A DNA stretch of 64,000 nt, taken from positions 682,001 through 746,000 of the forward strand of contig CM035361.1 of the NCBI GenBank assembly GCA_020137815.1, read 5' to 3'. The position numbers were made by a program, and so were the translations under genes. The notes below the pieces were generated by a model. The model did not search any database, was not told the DNA's origin, and worked only from the letters and a program-made list of their open reading frames with translations. Within the stretch, counting starts at the first letter, position 1. Each line of letters opens with the position of its first letter. Of the stretch, positions 34,557 to 45,700 are shown piece by piece. This DNA is from Hormiphora californensis (lineage: Eukaryota; Animalia; Ctenophora).

Positions 34557-35294
34557 ATGGTAGCTTGTGACTTGTGTGACCAATCGTTCCCCTTCATTTA
34601 TCAACTCCTTGAACATAAAGACCTCTATCACAAAAAGCCTACGATTAATGAAGGTATGGATACCAAAGAACTACAGATAGATGAGGATTATCCAATAGAT
34701 GACACCTCTGCAGATAGCAGCGATAAAGATTCGGAAAACCCTTCACCAACACTTACTAAAGTTGTGAAAAAGCCTGAACTAAATTACAAGGAATTGTATC
34801 ATGTGCGAGATCAGCACGCTCGCAAGTTTGAACGTTTGTACAAAACAAAGCTGACGGAATCAAAACAACATTTGAGTCGCATTCGGTTATTTGAAAAGCA
34901 ACTCGATGAGTTTATAACAAATTTTAAGGACAGTACCTTTAACGAGTTTTCCGATTCAATAATTAACTCCAAAAATATTGCTGACTTTCTAGAACTCAGT
35001 CGATTGTTTGCTTCAAAGAAATTTGTCAAGGTTTCACGTAGTAACCAACTTTTACAAGCTATTAAAACGTTGTGTACTGGTCTAAAGTATGGTGTAATTC
35101 CACTTGTTGTTTTTCAGCGAAAGAGATTAAATGAAAAAGAACGAAAATTGATTAAATTAGTTGACAAAAAGAGCGTTGAAGATATCAAAAAATTATTTTT
35201 AAAGTATTCTAAAGAGTTTGCAAATATTTTCCAAGTTGTTGAAAAGACGCTGTTGCTTTTAAGAGATTTAGAAAATGAAAGTTTAAATGTATAG
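34557..35294 (+). CDS. Mini-Polinton ORF2, 245 aa: N-terminal C2H2 zinc finger, coiled coil, basic helical C-terminal domain
   Basis: CDLCDQSFPFIYQLLEHKDLYH is a C2H2 finger. Intact 738-nt ORF in AT-rich DNA with its own TATA box. Confidence 0.82.
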   Translation: MVACDLCDQSFPFIYQLLEHKDLYHKKPTINEGMDTKELQIDEDYPIDDTSADSSDKDSENPSPTLTKVVKKPELNYKELYHVRDQHARKFERLYKTKLTESKQHLSRIRLFEKQLDEFITNFKDSTFNEFSDSIINSKNIADFLELSRLFASKKFVKVSRSNQLLQAIKTLCTGLKYGVIPLVVFQRKRLNEKERKLIKLVDKKSVEDIKKLFLKYSKEFANIFQVVEKTLLLLRDLENESLNV

Positions 35295-35677
35295 TTAATT
35301 ATATTTCTTTTTTTTTTGAAAAAAGGTCTTTTTATTTGTTTTACAAATCAAAAACAAAGTAGGTTTTATTGTTCCAGTGAATCAAACATTTTGCAACAGT
35401 TTACAATATTTTACTGTTCCGCTGTCGTTCCGCTGTTGTTCCGTTCTAATATCCACTGTTCTTTTGTATTTTCCCACTTTTCCTTTCTAACGAAAAAACA
35501 TTCCGTTGCTGTTCTTTTGTAGTTTTCACTGTTCCCGTCTCGTTCCTTTCTCATGAAAAGTCACTGGAATACCAAAAGAACGCTGGGAATAACAGTGCTA
35601 TGACCCGTCGATAATTGAAGTAGAACATATCTTTGGCTATATAAACCGGTGTTACCATAATTGCTACCATAAGAATC

Positions 35678-36115
35678 ATGGACGCGTTTCTAGATACTGT
35701 GCCCGTCAAGTTTTGGGAGTTGTACCGGAAAAATTGGTCAACTATTCGTCAGCGTACTACAAAAGGCAAACTAAAAGATATTTATCATTTTCCACTGTCA
35801 CCCACTGATGGAATTTTTGGTAAACTAGATAAAGTCTTGGAAAACTATCAGAATGATATAAAACTGAATGTCGCATTCGGATTTGTTATGACAAACAAAC
35901 TTACTGGTGAAGTTAAATTTTATCACCCCTCTAATAACACAATGGTTTTTGAGACTGCTCAATTAATTTCTGGGCGAGAAGACGTTAAAAAAGTAAAAGA
36001 AAATATTGAACGGGAAGATCTGCTAGAAATAGCAAGGAGTTCACGCCCATCTACAGCATGGAAAGTCGAAGCTGTGGTCTGCATTAGATTTGATATAATG
36101 AAGATTCAATTTTGA
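35678..36115 (+). CDS. Mini-Polinton ORF3, 145 aa: stand-alone homolog of the N-terminal (terminal-protein-like) region of Polinton protein-primed PolB
   Basis: Motifs LYRKNWSTIR, KLNVAFGFVMTNKLTGEVKFYHPSNN and EDLLEIARSSRPSTAWKV match, in order, the recalled pPolB N-terminal consensus (LY..HW..IR; KIN.SFGF+L.N..TGE.RYY.SS.N; D.LE.AR..RP.SKW.V). Confidence 0.8.
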   Translation: MDAFLDTVPVKFWELYRKNWSTIRQRTTKGKLKDIYHFPLSPTDGIFGKLDKVLENYQNDIKLNVAFGFVMTNKLTGEVKFYHPSNNTMVFETAQLISGREDVKKVKENIEREDLLEIARSSRPSTAWKVEAVVCIRFDIMKIQF

Positions 36116-37877
36116 TATAACTGATAGCATTTTAATTATTCATTTATTTTTTCTCCAGAAAACCAGTCTCTTAATTTGTTTTATAGACACAAAGTTGTTA
36201 TGTTTTCGTTTATGAAACATTTTGCAACATTTTTCAATATTTTACTGTTCCGCTGTCGTTCCGCTGTTGTTCCGTTCTAATTTCCACTGTTCTTTTGTAT
36301 TTTTCAACTTTTCTTATTTAACAAAAAACCGTTCCGATGCTGTTCTTTTGTAATTTTCACTGTTCCCGGCTCGTTCCTTTCTAGTGAAAAGTCACTGGAG
36401 TATCAAAAGAACGGTAAGAATAACAAAAGAACATTAGAGGAACGTTGGAGTATATTTATTATTTGTATCAGAACACCTGCACGAGAAAAGAGAGAGAAAG
36501 TTATATATGCATTGTGCAGGAGTGTAATGTGATAGGGGTGAGATCACACAGAAATCCCAAACAAAAATTGACATCATACAGAAATCCCAATCGCGAATGT
36601 GGGCCCTTGTCAGCGCCAAACTTGTTCCATGGCCCCTTGCCGGAGCTCCTAATATCCTAGTGAACAACTCTTGCCAGCGCCGCATAATTTTGGTAATCAG
36701 AAGTCGCGTGATATGTTCATACAAAATGGTGCCCCAGTTAGGGCAAAAAAGGGGTCCCAACTGTGCACACTATACTACTCTGTACAGCTGCACACTCTAT
36801 AAACCCTCATCGACACACCTGCAGTAGTACTAAACACTGTGTAGCATGATCAGGGAGTAGCCCAATTAAATAGTAACATGATAGTTATATCAAGAACTCT
36901 AAATAAAAGCGACATATTTGGCAATAAATACTTTGGAGAAAACACAGATCCGTCAGCTAAATTGTAAACAACCTAAAATTTAATACAGAAGAGAGTTATA
37001 AAGGGGTCACCCAAAGAAAGGTAACCTACAGGATGAGCCATGTCTTTCCTACTGATAAGAGCATCTTGTTATTCGATCCGGAAATTTGAATCCCTCAAAA
37101 AAATCTTATTTTGGCTGCCTCACATTATAGGTGCTATCTCACAAAGAAATAGTATTTTGGGCTAATGGCTATTCCAGGTAGTCCAACAGCTGCTGAATAA
37201 ATTTTAGGAAAAATCTTTTGGTTTTCAAAGAAATACAATCTCCACTCTCAAGGAAATACCATTAGTCTGGAAACTTACAAAGTCTTTGAAGTGAGTAGTG
37301 GGATGTAGTGTGATGTATTTAACTGTAGCTACTGGAACAAAAGACATTGACTAATTTACTAATTCATTAATTAACTTAGTAATTGTATAGTTTGGATAGC
37401 GATATACATATACAATATTGATGGGCCATTCAAAATGAGCAGTGTACACGTGTGAAACATAAACACCGATAACAAATTGTTTACTTTATAACGGCTGTGT
37501 TTGCATTATAAATATATGCAGCAACCAGCTGCGTCACGATCTCACAATCTAACAAGTAACAATCTAGAAGGTAGTTACAATCATTATCAGCTACATGACT
37601 TGGTTATGTAGATTAGAAAATGAATAACAAATTAAATCAAGTAACCGTAAAATAAAAGCTGCAATTTGTCCACAACAAAACAAACAGACTTGATATACTC
37701 TGAGAGATCAAAGAGAGTTGTTGTACGTGGTGGGAAGGAAGAAGATTAGTGGTCAGAAATTTGTTTTTTCTTCTAGAAATTCTATAGTACTAAGAAGTGG
37801 GAAGAAGTTTTGAGTGAAACTATAATGATCACACATAGAGAGATATGAAACTATAATGATCACACACACAGAGATAG

Positions 37878-38992
37878 AGTTCATACATTTGCAGTTTCAT
37901 ATTTGTTTCATTTTGAATGCTCTGTTACACTGACATACACCCGTCTAAGTCTCTCTTTAATTCTAAATCTATCAATTTACAACCGCATCGCCTAGTCTGG
38001 TTCAGTCATTCTGTCAAATAGTGCTCCTTTCCTGTATCTTTCAACACAGTACCTCTAATATCTGATCTCTAACGCACTCAATACCTGCTCGTTTTCTTGT
38101 ACTATGGTCACGTCCATAATATTGCTCTGTCTCAAAACATACTCCTTGTGCCAATGCTCCTCTATATCCCCTAATGATTCCCAAAATTTCAAGTTTCTAT
38201 CTTCAAAACTGTGGTCTCAGTAGCATTAAAACTGTCAAATACATCATTCTGCATTCTGGATACAGAATAACTTTGCGGATGTGTGACATAAACGAATTGC
38301 CGGGATTCTCCAGACTCTCTCACAATCAGTTCATACATTTGCAGTTTCATATTTGTTTCATTTTGAATGCTCTGTTACACTGACATACACCCGTCTAAGT
38401 CTCTCTTTAATTCTAAATCTATCAATTTACAACCGCATCGCCTAGTCTGGTTCAGTCATTCTGTCAAATAGTGCTCCTTTCCTGTATCTTTCAACACAGT
38501 ACCTCTAATATCTGATCTCTAACGCACTCAATACCTGCTCGTTTTCTTGTACGTCCATAATATTGCTCTGTCTCAAAACATACTCCTTGTGCCAATGCTC
38601 CTCTATATCCCCTAATGATTCCCAAAATTTCAAGTTTCTATCTTCAAAACTGTGGTCTCAGTAGCATTAAAACTGTCAAATACATCATTCTGCATTCTGG
38701 ATACAGAATAACTTTGCGGATGTGTGACATAAACGAATTGCCGGGATTCTCCAGACTCTCTCACAATCAGTTCATACATTTGCAGTTTCATATTTGTTTC
38801 ATTTTGAATGCTCTGTTACACTGACATACACCCGTCTAAGTCTCTCTTTAATTCTAAATCTATCAATTTACAACCGCATCGCCTAGTCTGGTTCAGTCAT
38901 TCTGTCAAATAGTGCTCCTTTCCTGTATCTTTCAACACAGTACCTCTAATATCTGATCTCTAACGCACTCAATACCTGCTCGTTTTCTTGTA
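37878..38992. repeat. ~441-450-bp tandem repeat, 2.5 near-identical copies
   Basis: AGTTCATACATTTGCAG restarts at ~37878, 38328 and 38769. Identical ORFs at 38174 and 38615. Confidence 0.93.
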
Positions 38993-41691
38993 CTAGCCAC
39001 CACCCACCCCTCCACCCCACCCACCTCCCCCACCCTGGCCCTTCCCAATTTAGAGGACTTTGTGAAACACGCCAGTACAGGGACAATCCTTGTGTTTTGG
39101 TGCACTAAGTCGCTTATCGCGTGTAACAACTCACAATTGTTCTTATCTGTCCCACCCGTCTTGTCCTATAGAACATCGTACACATTCTAGGGACGCTACA
39201 ATCTGTCCCACCTCTTATTTGTATTTGATCATTTTTGTTCATCTTGATCTCTACTGCAAGTGGAATACACCTCTCATCTGATCACCAACAACATCACGGT
39301 ACCAATCATACATCAAAAACCTGTAAGTTCATCTGTCTGTATTGTCTGTTCATCTTTTGTGTACCATTGATAATGATTCCGGAGTAAACCTTACCAATCA
39401 ATAATTTAATTAGAGCTACTATAGACAGACTACCCCAGACCCAAGCTTGAGAAGTGTCCACTCGACGGACCGTCGTCGTAACAAACAAACGAACAGGCCT
39501 ACCTGCACAGCCACCCAAGCTTGAAAATGTGCCCCCTAACTTGTCTTTTTGCTTATTCGCAAGATAACTGCAATGTCCTCACGGGGCGGAGATGCGAAGA
39601 GTGCAACCGACCTTTAACCGTGGGGGCTGCGTAAGTGTCTTGCAAGTACAATGACTGACTGACAATATGAATGCAATGATATCAACTGACCACAACACGA
39701 TGACAGACGCTATGACGAGGTTGCAATGTCGTTCTGCCCTAACGGGCAGAGTTTGGCACGCTATAACCTATCTGTACCACCACCACCACCACACACAGAG
39801 ATATGAAACTATAATGATCACACAGAGAGATATGAAACTATAATGATCACACAGAGAGATATGAAACTACAGAATATCAGGTACTTACTTGATCTTCTTG
39901 ATATCTTCATGTCTGATCTCAACAACTCTATATCTACCACAGCTTCTACTCGATCATTGTCATTCCACAGGTTTTAGAAATTGCTATATTTGGGGAGATA
40001 ATAACAGGGTGGTAATTTGAGCAAAACTAAATTTCATAAAATAAGCACATACGAAAGTAAGAGTGTAATCGACTCGAGGAACTTATATTGAAGTCTATAA
40101 TAATGCTCATGAGATAATTAACTTTACAAACGTACATGGGAATCACACTTAATCTGACACAAATATCGTGGTAGAAACTAGAAAGATTCGTTAGGTTAGA
40201 CTCTAGACACAAGCAGACAAGCAAATACAAACAAATTCTAGAAACAAGTTCATTATAGGAGTGTAACAATAATAATGTTGTGTTGCAATCATTGTCGAGG
40301 AAGGGGGGGGGGTAACTGTAAAGCTCGCCCTTCTTGGTAAAATCACTAGGTGTAGTTGAGCAATCCTGCCCCGATATAATTACAGAGCCATTATCTGTAA
40401 TCAGGGCTGCTGAGATGTGCATAATATTGGGAGACATTAGGATATATATTACACACACGAGTTGATCTGGCAGGATAATGAGGGTTGTGTGATAGACTAG
40501 AAAGGGGTACAAGGGAGAAGGAAAGGGGCTGTGTCAGACTATATAGAAAAGGGGTTGGAGAACTGCAGGACAGTGAAGGGTGGAGAACAGGGCCCGGTAA
40601 AGGAGGAAAGGGTTGTAATATGGTTATATTGTTCTCGTTAGACTTACGTACAACAAGGTTATTGCATTATTGCTATGTGGCTAACCCACAAAACAAAAGA
40701 TACTCTGAGGAACTTGTTATATTATTTAGACAAGTACCGACAAGAATATATCAGACTTCCATGTCGGGAGAAACACTGGATATCAATGTATGGTTTATTG
40801 AGGACTGCTGCACTCATGAATATCACAATGAAGAAAAGAATGGTCGAAGCTGCACTTTCACACGTCTGGTAGATCACGGCATGGGGGAGGGGGCTTTTGT
40901 CACCTGCTAAATCATTTTGTAATATGTATCCACACTGCAGCACCTGTGCTCTCTGTGTGTATGTTTAGTGACACAAAGTGACTGTGAGATCAAAGCGTTC
41001 TGCAGGGAATTTGACAATTTGAGAGGGGGTAAAAGAACTAGACAATGCAGTGCAGCAAGAAAGATTGAAACTTTGACAAAAGTGGACGAAAAAGACAAAA
41101 GAGATCAGGGTCAAGGCAATTGCAGCACCCCGTATGACGTGTAAGATATACTTCATCAAAGTTTCAACAGCGGTTCTAACTCAAAAAGCAATCTATCATA
41201 TTAAAAACCGCAACAATTCGTGCTCTGTAACATATAGTGAATAGAGAGAGTGGGAGCGACAGGATCAGAGCCGGGATTCAATGCGAGGCGGGGCGGGTTG
41301 AGTGGTCCAATATGACTGTTGTTTTGTCAAATTTCTTTTGTTTGAACTAATCCAGGGTAGAAAAGAAAAATCTGACACGCGAGCTGGTCCGAGATTTTCA
41401 TGTGGTGGACTGAGATGGGGAGGGGATTTGGGAGGGGATGGTGAGGAAAGAATGAAAGATGTTAGAGAGATAGATAGATAGAGAGATAGAGAGACAAATA
41501 GAGATAGAGAGAAAGAGAGATAGAGAGATAGAGAGAGAGGGAGAGAGTAGATTGGAAAAAGGTAAGGTGAAACCCATCACACGGGAGGGTGGCTAACAAC
41601 ATGTGTGGAGGAGGAGGAGGAGGTAGTGTGTGACTTGCAGAAAAGAAATTCCGCCTCTCCATCCATCGATCGTAGTAAACATTATATATGA

Positions 41692-42033
41692 TCTAAAAAT
41701 GCTCCTATACCGCCATGATGATGTGTGTAAATAGAAAGGTTGCCCCTATTATAGAGCGGCAATGCCTGATGTCTGCAGGAGGGGGCTGCAGGAGGGGGGG
41801 GGGGGGGGTGTGCACCACTGTCCACTATATTATGCAGGAGGGGGGGGGGGGCTAGGTACCACTACTGAGTACCGCACCCTGTGTGGTTAGAGAAGGTCGA
41901 ACTTCATGGTCCGTTCATCATCATCTAGACTCTGCTACTCTGTATATACAAAGAAACAATGAAACTTAATTATTTTGGTGCGAATTTACTTGAAGATCGA
42001 ACAAAGGGTCAGCGGGGCAGCGCCCCTTTCTAG
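41692..42033 (+). mobile_element. Probable short non-autonomous Helitron
   Basis: 5' A|TC at 41691/41692 (less certain). 3' GC hairpin GGGGCAGCGCCCC followed by CTAG|T at 42030-42034. Confidence 0.45.
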
Positions 42034-42705
42034 TATATATCTAGCTTGTTGCTTGTATAATAAACACAATAGATATTCGTGTACGAAACCCATATTCATA
42101 ATTTATGTGACATAAAACGGACTCGAGACTCCTGCACGCCACAGTCTATAAATCATCAAATAAGTTGATACTCGTATCTCGTACAGTCTATCTATATTTT
42201 TAGTCGGGCTGATAATATCATCGTACAATCCAACACATTCTAAACTTGACAATACTAAACAGTGAACCTAATAAAAATTCAAAACTGCAAATAAATTCGA
42301 CAGGATAATTGTTTATGGGCTGAACACATAATGATAGTCTGTATAGATAATAGCTCCTTCCGGCCGTTCGAGATGGTCAACGCGGTGATAAAACAGATAA
42401 TATGCAAATACAGTTTTCAGTTCATTGCAATCATTGCATCGGTGCAGGGTCTATTCGATTTCAAACTTCCCCATCTCAACGGGTTATTAGTAAACGCAAA
42501 GAGAAAACACACATAAGATCATATAACTTGGCAACCTGAGCAACGCTACAGCTAAGGCCCATACATCAACCCATCCCCACATATAGTTATCTATTGTCCA
42601 TTTAAGCGGTATTGTTCAAATTTGCAGACTTTGAATTCAGAGCTCTCTGCATATAGTCTGAATAATTTGACATCCTTGATCACTGCAGTACAACAAGTAA
42701 CTCTT

Positions 42706-45700
42706 TCACAGGACTACTCCAGCTAGAACGAAGCTCATCAGTGGAGGAATTGATAAGAGTACCATCTGAGTAACGTCCGAGATCTGAAATTAATTAGGTA
42801 ATTAATTAGGACAATTAACAATATTGTGATATTCCCATATCCCATTCTTCATTCTAAATAATATGTTGACTAGATATTTGATTCTATACAACACCCCTCT
42901 CAGTACTATACCGATGAAGCGATGAAGCTGGTGATGACCATGTAGAACAGTGTCCCAGCCACCTCTCCAAACATGGCCAGACCAAGAAGTAGGGAGAAGG
43001 AACACGTGGGGAACCTGGAAAATACATTAATGTGAGTTGAGTTTTCTAGAAAATATTTTTGGGCTGGGAATTTCTGGAAAATTCATCTTATATCATTCAT
43101 GAAAAGTAGATTTAGTCTTGCCTAGATAGACTGTGTTAGAAGATAACAAATTTAGTCTTGGTAATCTCGAATCGCTACCTTCTCTTGATGGATGGTGCTA
43201 GACACGACATAGTTCCCAGACTACTGGCTGTTAGGGCTACTAGGGCGATATAGAGGTACGGTATATGCCTTGTGTAGGCCATCCCTGGAAAGAGAGATTG
43301 TTACTCTCTGGGAAGAGAGATTGTTACTCCTATATATTAGAGGAAGTGAAAGAGAGATTGTTGAATTAACTGAAGAGATAAATAGAGAGATCGTTACCTT
43401 AACTAGAGTGAGAGATCTTACCAAGTATACACGCGGACACAAGGAAAGTGTTGAAGCAGTAGATGAACTTTTCTGGTAGGTAATCATAACTGGTACCCCA
43501 GGCCACTCTACCAGTAGCCCCTACTAGAGGTACTATTGTGCCTGGAGAGGGCGGGATATTTGTGTTACCTTACTCTCGTTAATTAAGCTCGCATATTTCA
43601 AGAAACTTTTAAATAAGAAACTTTTTTTTCTAGGAAACTACAGGTGTAAGCAATCCAAAAACAAAAAGAATTTCTCCTTTATCAAGAAGCTAAACAAGTT
43701 ATGGGTGTTCTATTTTGTTGTGGTGTCTCTGAATTGTGTGGTTTACATTTGAAAAGTTTCTTATAAAAAAGTTTCTTACTAAAGCGTTTCTTAAAAAACG
43801 AGAGTAAGGTAGTTTTATAGTCTGTAATTTTAGTGTCAGGTTAGTTTTAGTTTTTAATTTCGAAATTCCCCCGAAATTTCATCTTATTAGATCTCTATAC
43901 CGAGTACGGCCCCCATAGTATAATAGACACACAGTGTCGACGCATCACTTTTCTGGAGGAGGGGGTGCGAAATTTCGCATACGAATTACGAACTAAGAGG
44001 GTCACGACGCGCTCAAAACTCCTGCATTGCTTATCCATCATATCTACACATGCCTACTCTATCACCAGCCGCTCAAACCAATCAACCAACCAACACCTAC
44101 TCTATCTTACTTTACCTGCCGTGTTAAAGAAGTGATCATCATCATACACTTTCAAACCAAATACTTTGTACAGGTCCGCTGCCACCTGTTAGTGGTTGAT
44201 TTAGTGAATCAGTTGCCATAGCTATGATTAATTAACTAATTAGCATATGTTTAATTAACTAATTAGCATATAATATCAACAATTTACCAAGCTAGCGATT
44301 CCAATGGAGACTGTACAACTGAGATAGAAATAAGATGATCTTGTTGTGAGAAACAGTTTCAGACTCTCTGTCGGAGACAACTGTGTGCTCTTCTTGGCTT
44401 GAATTAGTGAACATTCTGGACTGTCTTCCTTTAATGGTTTTGTCTCCTCCTGAAAAAGGGATAGTTGTTGGTTGATTGCGGGTTTTTGATTGGTACCATG
44501 GCCTTGAACAGCTAGCTTGTTTAAGGACCCTTTAGTCTGAAGGCAGATAACCAAATACCACTGTCTGAGTATTATCTGATAAACACCTACGAGGCCCTTG
44601 ATACAGCTTTTCAGTGCTGTGATGATAGGTCCTATAAGACCGTCAGAATGTTTAGTTCACGGAGAGTTAGTCTCAGAATTGATATAAATCCACTCACACT
44701 GTCGTCTAAGAAGCTCCACTTATAGGAGATCCAATAAATACCAGGTAGATAAAACGCAACAAACATGGCAGCATAGATGAACCTGTGTCGAAAGAATCGT
44801 TATTATAGTTACTGTGGTTATTAGACGATTCCTCTAATTAGTTAATTAATCAGTAAATTAGTTAGTTAATTAGTTAATTAATTAGTTAATTAAACGTACC
44901 ATGACTCCCCTAGTCGTGTTACAATCTGATATTTAGCTGATACCAACTCTGAGATATCAACCCCAGCGTCCAGGTCCTCTTTCAATATCTCTACTGATGT
45001 TATGTTAGTCTCCATGTTCTCTGGATTTATATATCCCGCTGCTATGATGTTTCCTGGGAGAGGTAGAGTTTTAGACAACATTTTCCTATTTTAGCGGGTG
45101 ATGAAATTCTAAACTTTAGATATACTGTTTTGTTTCCTGCAGAGACGACCAGATGTTTGTTTTACCGTATGATATGTTTTAGTAGTGGAACGGAATGGAG
45201 AGGGGTGGGGGAAGTTAACATGATATAGTTGTAGAGTTTTTCGGTTGTTCCTATAGAAGATGGAATTCTAGGAACTTCATCTATTAGGAAGCATACCTTT
45301 ACACCGACTGGACCCTTTGTTATGTTCTTGCCGGTAGGGCGCAGTTAGAGAGAACCGAGAGTGGGGCAAATGAAGGCTACATATCGCGTAATCTCATCAT
45401 GATCTTGTTAGGATCGCGGAATGAAGATTCTTAGAAAGTGGGGAGCTGTGATGTCCACATAATATTTCTCAGTTTGTTATTCTAAATTATGTGCCGCGGT
45501 AATCGGTATGTTGAATCATTCAACTTGAAACTTATTCTAGAATAAACATATATTTTTCATTGAAATGAGCTTATGTTGACAAATTTACTGCAGAACAGGG
45601 GGTTCTATAGAACCCCCTGTTCTGTAAATTTGAATGAAGCGATTCATTGAGCTGTGATTTAAATGCAAACACTTAACCTGTCTGGCGGCGCCAGACCTCG

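Larger units (their letters stand above)
33317..36779. mobile_element. Non-autonomous mini-Polinton/Maverick (3,463 bp)
   Basis: Termini AGTAGTATAG...CTATACTACT. TIRs ~33317-33875 and ~36200-36779. 6-bp TSD CTGTAC at 33311-33316 and 36780-36785. Three intronless ORFs on +. Confidence 0.9.

Noticed and set aside
38174-38824. Two identical 69-aa ORFs
   Set aside because: They are a by-product of the 441-450-bp tandem repeat, with no recognisable motif or splice structure.
40027-41159. ORFs of 141-161 aa, possibly a decayed LINE 3' region
   Set aside because: No RT or endonuclease motif could be identified, and the frames are broken.
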